Shown here piece after piece: positions 52,751 through 64,000 of a DNA stretch of 64,000 nucleotides. The position numbers were made by a program, and so were the translations under genes. Location: positions 34,658,001-34,722,000 of the forward strand of contig CAIIXF020000001.1 in NCBI GenBank assembly GCA_903813345.2. Direction: 5' to 3'. The stretch's first letter is position 1, and every line of letters begins with the position of its first letter. The notes beneath the pieces are model-generated. The model searched no databases. It saw only the letters and a list, made by a program, of their open reading frames with translations, and was not told the origin of the DNA. This DNA is from Owenia fusiformis. Taxonomy: Eukaryota.

Positions 52751-53134
52751 TATCTTCTTCGAAACCTTGTGGGAGGTGTGTAGTTGGGGGGGGGGGGGGG
52801 GCTTTAGCAAGACTATAAATACATAAGAGATTCTGGCAAACTTTAAGATGTGAATATGATGCATACATACAAATACATTCATAATTTTTAGAGTTAAGAT
52901 TCCTTAAGGTCCTCGGCCTATTTGATTTTTCTCAAATTGATCTTTATTTGTATATTTGGCCCTTTGCAATACCAGATAGTCTGTTTGCATATTGTTAAGG
53001 TTCAAACATGTTCTTTTACATCTCTATTGTTTGACATCATTTGTATCACATGTTAATTTACATGTGTCAACATCTTTGTTTAATTTGAATCATTCACGAT
53101 TATTCTACACATAACTGTACAATTAGTCATTTAC

Positions 53135-53210
53135 CTGTCATTGCAAATGCCAGTAGGATAAATGATGCTGTGAGCTCCATCAATATATAGTCCAGGTCCA
53201 TCATATACAT
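53135..53210 (-). CDS. GT31 gene first coding exon (signal peptide/anchor)
   Basis: MYMMDLDYILMELTASFILLAFAMT G|gtaaat, phase 1, matching the 51803 acceptor. There is an in-frame upstream TGA, and the exon acceptor ccccag is at 53267. Confidence 0.75.
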
Positions 53211-54179
53211 GTAGTTTACTTCCTGTGATTTTCAGTGTCTACATCTTTACTCCTTTCAAGGGCATTCTGGGGAATAAAATCTAATACTCTTTATATTGTT
53301 CTTTAAATGATCATTTGGAAATCAGCTTCTTATTTTCTTTGATGAAATTCATATTCGATTGGATTGCCTTCAGCTAATTTTCCACTTTAATATGATAACT
53401 ATCGTACAAAAGTAATATTGAGTTACTCAGCTATATATATTACCTGGTATGTGGTTTAACTGCCATATAGTTTTTCGACATTAAGTGAAAGTTGAACAGT
53501 TAACACGTTCATCCTTTATAGGCTCATTAACAAACCTGTATGTATTTCATATTATCCCACGTATAGCTCGACCAATCTTCATTCATTTAGGAGGCTATGT
53601 GTATCAAACATTTCTAGAAAGTTAGGTTCCATGTCAATTGGTTAGCATATCTGTACTGTTACATGTAGCTCAGGTGCATACTGTGTATAGACCTTGTGCA
53701 TACATACCATTCAGCTAATGTTTATTCCTGATGTTCATGTTTGGTCCTAAATGTTTCCAAAAGGTTATGTTTTTTGTCAATTAGCAGGTGATTTCATCTC
53801 CTATCTTCAGATATGTTGCGCTTGGTTAGTGCACTGATACCTCAGGTGCATATTGCGAATAAACCCTGTATATACCATTCAGCTAAAAGAAATGTTTATT
53901 CCTGATATTCATTATGCAGTAGCTGCCTGTATTGCCTTGAATAAATAAGATTGAAATCAATAGACCTCAATGTTAACCCTTTTCTGTATGTACTATTTTG
54001 CCATGCTTAAAGAGTTGTGCTTAACAGTGCACAGATTTCCCATATAAATGTGAGCTATTAATAAAATGTACTAAGCTTGTTAACAATACAAAAGAGGTTA
54101 TTTTTATTTATGGAAAATATTTAATGGTTTAAACTGTTAACAACAATTTATCATAAGCTTTATTTCAAACATGGCCCAG

Positions 54180-54890
54180 AGCCCCATGCATGCTGTTTGC
54201 CAATTGTTTCTCCGAATGATTAATAAATCAAGTTAACAATGGAAAAATATTGTTAAAAACAAAGTGCACCAAATTGAAATACGAAAATGGCAAATGGAAT
54301 GCATACTTTCAAAAAAACTTTATATGTTTAGAATTGTATCCCCAATTTTTAAACCCATTATATGGTGGCATATTGCAAAATCAGACCCAAGAGTCTTAAA
54401 GTGTTGCAGAACTGTAATTAAATTGGTTATTGGTGAGGGAAATATTATGGTAAATGTTAACAAATGGACTAATGGTAGGACTTCGAATGTATGTAAAGTA
54501 TGTAATCTAGAACCTGAAACTCTGAGTCATATGATCCTTAGATGCCCTGGCCATTATGAGGAAAGGGATGCAATCCTAAGGATTCTTAAATCTGTCGTTA
54601 ATACAACACAGGATATCCCTAATGATACCATTTTGGGCTGGATATTTGGAGCCTGTGATGTATTTAATATACAGCAGTATAAAGAAATATCTGTATATAT
54701 TCATAAAATTTACATAAATAGACCAGACCCTTGGCCTGGCATCACATAATACCATATTGTATATGTTTACCAATGTACATGTATCACTGTATATATGTTA
54801 ATTTATCTATTATAAATTTTATATAAAAAATTAATGTACAACACATCAGAAATGGTGGATAAAATAAACAAAAACAAAAAAAAAACACAA
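54180..54890 (+). mobile_element. 3' end of a LINE with CCHC zinc knuckle and poly(A)-like tail
   Basis: CKVCNLEPETLSHMILRCP, and an A-rich tail at ~54860-54890. Confidence 0.7.
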
Positions 54891-55563
54891 CTAAACACCT
54901 GGCTCAAAACAATTTTTTGGTTATTTGGTGTCATGACAAATATATGATGCCATTAATATTCATGTGGTAGATGGATGGAAAATCAATTTAAAGGATAGGT
55001 ATCGATATGGTGAACTGAATTTAAACATGTTTTTTTTCTTAAACCAATTATTGAAAACATTCTGTAAAAAAACACGGTCCTAAATGTAATGGTCACTGAT
55101 TGACAACAATTTGATGCAAAGATTATTTATATATACATGTATTTTATTTAACTGTTTTTGTTAACATTTTTGTTTTTTAGTGCAATTGTTCTTTGTTCTT
55201 TTCGACCAATGAATGAATGAATGAAATAAAATATTCGAACAAAATAGCATATACAACATTTTCTTAAACCTCTTGGTATTATAGTTATTATATAAATGAA
55301 ATTTTGGTTGATTTAAAAAAAAGTATTCAAAAAATTAAAACAAAAAAAACAAAATAGATAAAAATTAAGATAAACATTTTATGTCATCAACAAGATACTT
55401 TTTTAAATCAACCATTGAGAGACCTAAACACGTTGTGTTTATGTCATTTTGTTCCAGTGAGGTTCGGATAGATGTTTCATTTCATTCCGAGGATATGATA
55501 CCAAGAACAAAAGAGGTGTCTGATGTGTTTTCTAAAACAATATAGAGAAAAATATATCAATTA

Positions 55564-56985
55564 TTATCCCATCGAACGAAGTTCGGAGGGATATAGGGAA
55601 CGCCTCCGTCCGTCCGTACGTCCGTACGTACGTCCGTCCGTCCGTCCGTACGTCCGTCCGTCTGTCCGTCCGTCCGTCCGGGCAATAACTCAAATACCGT
55701 TGGCCCGATTTTCAAAATGGCCGCTCGTTTCAAAATGGTGGCCATTTTAGTGACGATTTTACAGTAATTTAGGTGCAATATGTAAAACTGTAATAGCAAT
55801 ATGTTTTAAATGTAAGAAAATTATAAAGGACATTAAAAATGCTACAAATGTAGATATTAAAGAAGCACATGGCAGCCATCTTGAAAAATGGCGGCCTTTT
55901 CTCGTCATTTTACGATTTTTGCTGTAACTCAAAAAATAGTGGAGCGATTTTGTTCATATTTGGTATGTGAATACTATAAGCAATGCAGACTGTCTTAAGA
56001 CACTTTTGGTAGAAGTCGGCCATTTTGAAAAATGGCCACCATTTTAACGTATTTTACTATAACTCGAAAAGTGGTGGAGCGATTTTGTTCATATTTGGTA
56101 TGTGAATACTATAAGCATGGCAGACTGTCCTATGACACTTTTGGTAGAAGGCCGCCATTTTGAAAAAATTTTTGAAAAATGGCCGCCATTTTAACATATT
56201 TTACTATAATTCGAAAAGTAGTAGAGCGATTTTGTTCATATTTGGTATGTGAATACTATAAGCTTGGCACACTGTCCTATGACACTTTTGGTAGAAGGCG
56301 GCCATTTTGAAAAAAAATTTGAAAAATGGCCGCCATTTTAACATATTTTACTATAATTCGAAAAGTAGTAGAGCGATTTTGTTCATATTTGGTATATGAA
56401 TACTATAAGCTTGGCACACTGTCCTATGACACTTTTGGTAGAAGGGGGCCATTTTGAAAACAATTTTTGAAAAATGGCCGCCATTTTAACGTATTTCACT
56501 ATAACTCGAAAAGTAGTATAGCGATTTTGTTCATATTTGGTATGTGAATACTATAAGCATGGCACACTGTCTATTTCTAATGACGCTTTTGGTAGAAGGT
56601 GGCCATTTTGAAAAATGGCCACCATTTTAACGTATTTTACTGTAACTCGAAAAGTAGTGGAGCGATTTTGTTCATATTTGATATGTGAATACTTTAAGCA
56701 TGGCACATTGTCTAATAGAACTTTGGGGAGTAGTCGGCCATTTTGAAAAATGGCCACCATTTTTATGTGTGTTATTTTACAAGTACTTGTGCGATTTTTC
56801 AAAGATTTTAGAGGTGGCTACTTAAAAGCATATTATTTCTTCTGATGGCAACTTGGCTAGTGAGCAACCATTTTGAAAATGGTGGCCTTTCTGGTGTGTT
56901 GTTTTATGATATTTGCGCTTCGTTTGTAAAAATGCCAGCCATTTCTGTTCGATGGGATTCCCTACGCTTTGGCGTTGCCGTTGTT
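55564..56985 (+). mobile_element. Helentron-derived element with ~135-150-bp satellite array, nested in a Kolobok-like copy
   Basis: Same family as 27727 and 42291. subTIRs at 55566-55577 and 56947-56958. Confidence 0.87.
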
Positions 56986-57224
56986 CTGGTTTTTTAATCA
57001 TATTGTTACCAATCAAAAAATGACCATAAAATGGTGTTAAATTTTCAGAATTTTTTGCTAACTGAGTTAAGAGAAACATGTGTTCAAAAAATTCACCATA
57101 TAGATAGATCTTTTCATATTTCTCTTGTTTCATAACTTCAAATGTACATCGATCATATTCCTGGTCAATGTAGGATAGTACCACCGCCAATAAATATTTT
57201 TGACCACTGATCATAACAATATGG

Positions 57225-57685
57225 TGCAATGACCTTCGATAGCAAGTCGCTACTACAGTCTCAGCTGTAGTGGCTAGCCTTTATGGCTCAGGGGTAGAGT
57301 GTCTTACACTGAGAGCGGAAGGTCCTGGGTTCGATTCCCATACGGGGTATTGAATTTAGCACATTCTTTTTTGAGTCTAGTATCTGGCTCGGTACACTAC
57401 AGCTCCCCGACAAGCGTGCCCAAGGGTAGTTACATTGGTGTCAGAAGTGTCCCGTCGTCTTCTAGGGGGGGATGGTGTAATGACCTTTGATAGCAAGTCG
57501 GTACTACAGTCTCAGCTGTAGTGGCTAGCCTTTATCGCTCAGGAGTAGAGCGTCTGAATCTGAGAGCGGAAGGTCCTGGGTTCGATTCCCGTATGGGGCA
57601 TTGAATTTAGCACATTCTCTTTCGAGTCTAGTATCTGGCTCGGTACACTACAGCTCCCCGACAAGCATGCCCAAGGGTCGTTACA
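57225..57685 (+). mobile_element. TRIM-type non-autonomous LTR retrotransposon with tRNA-derived LTRs (Helenus-like)
   Basis: Two 210-bp LTRs (57225-57434, 57476-57685) with TG...CA ends. PBS TGGTGTCAGAAGTG (57436-57449), PPT AGGGGGGGA (57464-57472), 41-bp internal region. Each LTR has Pol III A/B boxes. Confidence 0.9.
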
Positions 57686-58037
57686 ATATCATTGTGCTCT
57701 AAAAACTATATAGAGCAACATCCTACAGGTGATCAGCTAGTGTTTTCAGTATAGCAGCCTTTCATAGCTTACTGCAAATTAAAGTTGAAATTTACATCAA
57801 ATATCCAAATATACAGTGCGACACTCTGTTTCAATAATAAAATGTCATATCTAAAGTGCCATTTAAATGTTTTAGCATATCAAAGATATTTTGCAAAACA
57901 AAAATGCCTTTCTGTTGATGCATTGGTTTGTTATCCAGAGTCCCTCTTTTTAGAAGTATTTGGATCCCCAGCTATGAGAAGCACTTCCAGTGTCCGTGAT
58001 TCCTTCTCATGTGTTCCATGTGACCATGTTGCTCTTC

Positions 58038-58246
58038 TTATTGCATAATACATCTACCCAAAACTAATCTTCCATCAGGACAGTGTTCAAATTTAATGTC
58101 AGTTGAGTATCCTGGACAAACCATAGAACTGCCTGAGGAAGTGTAATGCTTGGTTCGTGTCCTCTGTTTTCGATATTTACACGTAATTGTGTTACATAGA
58201 CCATTATAAGATGACCAGGACCCCCATTGGCTCCATAGGCAGAATT
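58038..58246 (-). CDS. Terminal exon encoding a thrombospondin type-1 repeat
   Basis: tttcag| (E)FCLWSQWGSWSSYNGLCNTITCKYRKQRTRTKHYTSSGSSMVCPGYSTDIKFEHCPDGRLVLGRCIMQ*, with WxxWxxW, RxRxR-like and Cys pattern. Confidence 0.82.
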
Positions 58247-61200
58247 CTGAAATAATGAAACATGTTTTTATTTTATTAGTATAGTTCGGAGTAAGGATAC
58301 CAGCGGTTACCGTTAGTTATTTGGTTTCCTGTATAAGAAAGCTTTTTCGCCATCTAGTGTTTGATAAATGAATCAAGGTTTATTCTCGATAGGGAAAGTA
58401 CTAATCTATCAGAAAACATTAACAAGTTTGGTTAGAAACAGAATTTTTAGAGATGGCGGAGCAATTTCAAGACTATGTAGAGCAGAATAATTTTCTGAAA
58501 CAGGTAATTTTACAGTGGTAGTTCTCTCCAGATTCAGTTATCTCAAAAACGGTGTTGTCACCGTATTATTATCTTGTAACGGCAAGCTAGACAAGACTCC
58601 AATAAACAGTAGGCACTTTGCTGAGTTAGATCTGTGCCCGTGAATATATTATGAAATGAACCGTTATAATGGTACTAAATGGGATTTTTAACTGCAATCT
58701 TGACCCTAGGAGGACAGTCAGAGAGTGGCCTCCTTTTAATTTGTCAATAGTATTTATTTGTTTAATTATTTATTTAAAGGACCTTTGAAGGAGTTTTCAT
58801 GATTTTCAGATCTCTGATTTGATTAAGAATTTTCCTCAGACTTTTTCTCTTACTTTCAACTAGGTTTCAGTGATCTACTATATAGTCCCTTGGATAAATC
58901 TGAGCTGATTTGGGGGGGAGTTTTTTTATCTAGGTCAAGGCCAAAGGTTAATACCTAGCTGTTTTATGATTTTTGTTTATTCCATTTAAATCTTATATTT
59001 ATAATACAATATGATTACCTTGGTTGCATCATTATGGCAATTTTAAATTACAAGAAAGGCAATAGATGGTATCCCTGGGATAGCCTTGCCCAAGTCGGTA
59101 TTTTTTACTTATCTGATCTTGAATAGTAACTCTGATTGATATTTATCTGATAAAATATTTGTATTTTCATGATGAATGATGCAAGATTTGTTCTTGAAAA
59201 GTGTACTTGTTTTGACTGTGCATAATGATGAGCTAACGCTGCAGGGCCGTCATCGATTGGTCAAAATTACTGACATAAACAAACTGTTGATTTATAATAT
59301 CCAAACCCTGACAAATGCACTGACCAACAAATTTTATTAGCTGTTCATTTACCAATTATATTCAAATAATAAAAAATAGATATTGAAATTTGACCAAAGA
59401 ATGACTTTGACCTCAGATCATCTAATAATGGGTCACTAGCAACAACCTCCAAATACACTAAAACGACAAATACCAACATATTGACCTTTAAATGACCTTG
59501 ATCCATTAAGTTGACCTTGATCTCAGGTCACCAAATCATAGGTCGTCAAGGGGCACAGCATAGGCCAAGGGTAAAAAAGTTGAATACCTAGATATTGACC
59601 TTTGACCTTGGAATGACCTTGACCTCTGACCATCGTAGAATGCCCACAGACCCACTTAGTATGCATGTTGACCAAGTTAGCCAGACCAGACAGACGATTT
59701 TCTTTATAGTAAGAAGAAGATGTCACATATATCAAATTGGGGAAACATAAAAGAATTGTAAAGTATCTCTAAGCTTACTGTTTAACATTTTGGACAACTT
59801 TTATAGAGATCTCAAGAGAGAAATTACTTTTCCTATGAGTTGGTAAATATTGGAATTTAAATTTAGAGTTTAATCTAACATCAAGCCCAGATGCTTATGT
59901 GTGGTATATCTTGGTATCACATCACCTAGTTTCAGAGGTATAGGATCATTTGCAATATTTAATTTAATACCCAGGTTAAACATTTTTAAGCCAAAATTTA
60001 GTATACAGATTGTTGAGACGATTCTAATAGTATTGTCCAAATTTTTAGGTACTAGAAATTTTGCCCAAGTTTTAAGATATTTGAATCCTCATTTTACATT
60101 TGCTTTATCTACATGTTAACAAACATGTTATAAAAGTCAATATTCATTTCAATTCAAGAATCAGACAAGGTCAAATGATCAATACACAGGTATTTAGCAT
60201 TTTATGGGGGCTGCTGCCATATTGCTAGATTGCTAGTGTTTAATAAAATTCCTTACTTTTTACATTGAAAGAATTTTCCCAAAATAGCATATTTTACCAA
60301 ATGTAATATGTGATGTTGATTTTAAAGAATTTCATTCCATGGTTTTACCAACAAGTCATTCAATCTTATTGTAAATTTAAAATTATGAAGGATGTATCAA
60401 ATATGAAACTATGTGAGTAAAATAATATATGTTAAAGACTTGATAATGCAAAACTGCCTGCTTGATTTGATTTATCCATGGACCATATGAGCTTTCAAGA
60501 GCAGTTGAAAGCCTATAATTTATCAGAAACTTGCCAATAAGCAAGTACTAAATGCAATTAAATCAATAAAAATAAGATTAACTGACAAACAAACATATAA
60601 AAATAATACAATAAATTTTTATTTCAACTAATCAAGTACAGTTATACAATCATTTTACAAACTATTACACAACAATCATTTTAAGTGACATTATTCTCAA
60701 TACAATTTTTCCTACTTTTTTTTCTTATTTGTATATTCAAGCAAAAATTTCCGTTTCCCCTAAAATACAGCATCCGCATTTTGCATTTAATGTGTACATT
60801 ATTTCCTTCCATCTAGGTTTCACCTTTTTAAAAGAGATGAAGAAGTGAGCATATGAGTCCTCTTTATTCTGCAAATGGAGTGGTATCGATATGGAGAACT
60901 GAATTCAACAATGTTTTTCTCTTAAACCAATCATTAAAAACATTCTGTAAAAAACACAGTATTTTATGCAATGTTGACTGATTGACAACAATTTAATGCG
61001 AAAAGTATTTAGAAATATTTTATATAACTGTTTTTGTTAACATTTTTTTGTTTTTCTAGTGCAATTGTTTTTGCTCCTCTCTACCAATTCTTGAGAATGA
61101 AATAAAATGTCTTTCCAAACCTTGTTGGAACAAAATAGCATATACAACATGCTTTTAGACCTCTCAATATTATACAAAGGAATTTTTGGGTGATTTTAAA

Positions 61201-61273
61201 AAAGTATTCAAAAAATTAAAACAAAATCCCCCCAAAATAGATAAAAATCAAGATAAACCTTTTATTTCATTAA

Positions 61274-62093
61274 AGTCCCCATCTAAAGTTTTTATCATTC
61301 ATTTACTATTTGTCAGGACTTAAAAAGTGATTTTAGAGATTTTTGAACAAAAAAAAATTTTTGAAAAAAAAGTTGTGAGCATTTCATTTCTCAAATATTC
61401 AAATTTCCCGCCATTTTTAAAAAAAAGTTGAAATTTCTTAATCATCAAATATTTCTTAATGCATTTCAAAAAATATTATCTTTTTAACACCAATGCAAAG
61501 ATTGAACAAAGGACACACTATTTCAATAATAAAATGCCATAATTAATGGGCCACTTCAATGTTTTAGCATATCAAAAATATTTTGAAACATTAGTGATGT
61601 CACTAAGGTACCAAAAACTTTTTGAAAAAAATTGAAATTTTTTTTTCGATGTCAATCTTTTCTAAATATGCTAGACTTTCATAAAAAACCAATGTTGATT
61701 GTCTAACCAGGTTAAAAGGAAGAATAAATTATGTTTTAGATATCATTGTACCATTGGTTTCTATGAGAACTAAAATCTTGAAATCCATTTTTCTCAGAAC
61801 CATTTTCATGCACTGATAAGTTCATTTCTCGCTTATTTATGAACAGATTTTCTTAATTTTTTCGGCAAAAAACATGGGAGGATGAATGCTATGCATTGGT
61901 ATGAATTGTGGCTAATTAGAAGATATGAGTGACCTCTAAAAGTTGGTTTTAAATAAATTCACAAATTTTGGAACAAAAAGTCTATCAAAAACCACTTTTT
62001 GAAATTTAAAAAAAAGTTTCACATATCACACTTTGATAAGATTGGGTAAGAGTACAATATAAGCCAAAGTGGTTTAAACTTTATATGGGGCCT
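61274..62093. mobile_element. TTAA-flanked MITE (Kolobok-like) nested in another element
   Basis: TTAA|AGTCCCCATCTAAAGTTT...AAACTTTATATGGGGCCT|TTAA. The empty site is visible in the paralogous copy near 22970. Confidence 0.85.
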
Positions 62094-62419
62094 TTAACAG
62101 GATACTTTTTTAAAATCAACCAAAATCTCCTTTGTACAATTACAATATTGAGAGACTTAAACATGTTGTGTTTATGTTGTTTGTTCCATTGAGGTTCGGA
62201 AAGATGTTTCATTTCACTCTGGAAACATGATATCAAGAACAAAACAAGTGTTTGATGTGTTTTCTAAAACAATATAGATGAAATTATATATACATTTTTC
62301 CAATTATATTGTTACCATTCAAAAGATGACCATTAACTTGACAATGTGTAAAATTTTCAGAATTTTTTGATGACTGGTTTAAGAGAAACGTGTGTTCGCC
62401 ATATCGATACCCATCTTTT

Positions 62420-63420
62420 ACAAGTTTTTGAATTTATTCATTCAATTTTCTATTTAAAGAGTTGTACACTTGTAGGGTATACCCTATATAATATTTTTAC
62501 TGTAAACGCTCTAATCTAGATTCAGCAATATTATGAATCCTTTCAAAATATCAGACCAATTAATATTTTGATACTCATTATTCCATCTTTGAACGGCTCC
62601 TGGCATGACATTTCTTTCTTTATAATCAATTGTTTATACTCTTTTGAATTTAATGTTATGATTATGATGTTATTATACAAAATTTATTTTAACCAAATGC
62701 AATTGTCTTGTTTTCCAATGCATTTTGAATGACAAAATATTTAAGAGTGATACCTGCATTGTTAGACATCACTTGTTTGAAGATAGTTATATTCTTTAGT
62801 TTCTGTTGATTATCCAGTACATCATTTCCACATTTGATACCTGCATTTTCAATTTTTAAAAGAATATAACCTTTCCCTTATAAGTTATGTTTAGATTGTT
62901 CCATATATAGCTATTATCAAATATGACTTCATCACATGTTTTAAATTTGAACCCAGTTTTCAAGGAATTCAGAAAGAAAGAAAGGTATATTTCCCCAAAC
63001 AATTTGATGCTTTATAGATTTTAAATTTCAATTAGAATGAAATATACTGAAATCATGTCTAAGCTTTGAAAACATCATTTTGGTAACTTTTTCCACCCAG
63101 GCCACACATGCTTCTTGATTGACAATTACATCAACCACATTCATTCCGCCTTTTATGTAAAACTGTCTCAACACTACTTTTTTTTCTAAGACTTTACCAG
63201 ACTTATTCCATATAAATTTATATATTTTTGAGTTTACCTGTTTTAAACTGTCTGGACATCTAAGAATCATTAGCGTCAATTATGATGCAATTTTTGGGTT
63301 TGAACAATATGTACCCTGTATTTTTATTAAGCATTTTCACCTACTTCCCAATTGATTCCTTGCTTTTCAATATTATTTTCATTTTGACGAATTTTACAGG
63401 CAAAAATTTCTGTTGATAGG
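62420..63420 (-). mobile_element. Degenerate L1/Tx1-like LINE fragment (continues at ~60600-60870)
   Basis: KIYKFIWNK...KGGMNVVD, IWNN-like segment, many stops. Confidence 0.65.
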
Positions 63421-63576
63421 ATAAAGGGCCATGAACATAATGAACAGGCTTGCCTCAAACCTTGATCTAAACTGAAGGATTTTGTAAATATCCTATTATT
63501 AGAAACTTTAGACTGTGTATATTGCTCAGGTATTGTTTGTTGTATTGGATGAAATGGTTATATTAAATATACTAAC

Positions 63577-64000
63577 CTACACTGTTTCCCTTTTCACCTT
63601 TTTGTCCTTTTGGCCCTTGATCACCTCTTCCACCTTTTGGACCAGTTGCCCCATTAGGACCAGTTGGTCCTTGATCACCTTTTGAACCAGTTGCTCCATT
63701 TTGACCAGGCGGTCCACAATCACCTTTTCTTCCATTTTGACCGCTTGGTCCAGTTGGCCCTCGATAACCTTTTTCACCTTTTGCACCAGTCTGTCCAGAT
63801 GCCCCATTAAAACCTGTGTGTCCTCGGTCACCTTTTCCACCAGTCTGTCCAGTAAGACCTTTTGGTCCTTGATCACCTTTTGTCCCTTTTAAACCAGTTG
63901 CCCCAATAAAACCTGTTTGTCCTCGATCACCTTTTCCACCTTTGGACCAGCTGTACCATTAAGGCCTGTTGACCCTCGATCACCCTTTGCACCAGTTTGC
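63577..64000 (-). CDS. Collagen triple-helix exon (runs off window), spliced to the TSP1 exon
   Basis: About 45 Gly-X-Y triplets (GDRGQTGFIGATGLKGTKGDQGPK...GEKGNSV). Donor G|gttagt, phase 1. Apparent 1-bp deletion at ~63941-63943. Confidence 0.85.

Noticed and set aside
57277..57600. Two functional tRNA genes or a tRNA-SINE dimer
   Set aside because: The acceptor and anticodon arms are degenerate and differ between copies. Both lie inside TG...CA repeats separated by a PBS and PPT, so an LTR element explains them better.
63577..63876. ORF-track 99-aa protein MIKDQKVLLDRLVEKV
   Set aside because: It is an off-frame shadow of the Gly-X-Y collagen frame.

Overview
AT-rich, intron-rich eukaryotic DNA, probably from an invertebrate (a lophotrochozoan-like repeat landscape; the taxon is inferred). 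The backbone is a + strand HECTD3 E3 ubiquitin ligase gene. Ten phase-consistent GT-AG exons (3673-47638, 617 codons) cover the N-terminal region, the DOC/APC10 domain and the N-lobe of HECT; the 5' and 3' ends were not found in the window. On the opposite strand lie three spliced genes. The first is an orphan low-complexity protein with 15-aa repeats inside the 28.6-kb intron. The second is a GT31 (B3GALT-like) glycosyltransferase with a degenerate DxD motif and an unusual C-terminal TM helix. The third is a collagen + single TSP1-domain gene. The rest is densely nested transposons: a STIM-mRNA/CR1-LINE chimeric retrocopy, a 461-bp tRNA-bearing TRIM (Helenus/Cassandra-like), two non-autonomous CAC...GTG elements with 5-bp TSDs (Transib-type), several Helentron-derived (HINE/pearl-type) elements carrying satellite arrays, mariner, hAT, Harbinger and TTAA (Kolobok-like) MITEs, and several LINE fragments. 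Protein identities come from my recollection of family sequences; no database searches were run.
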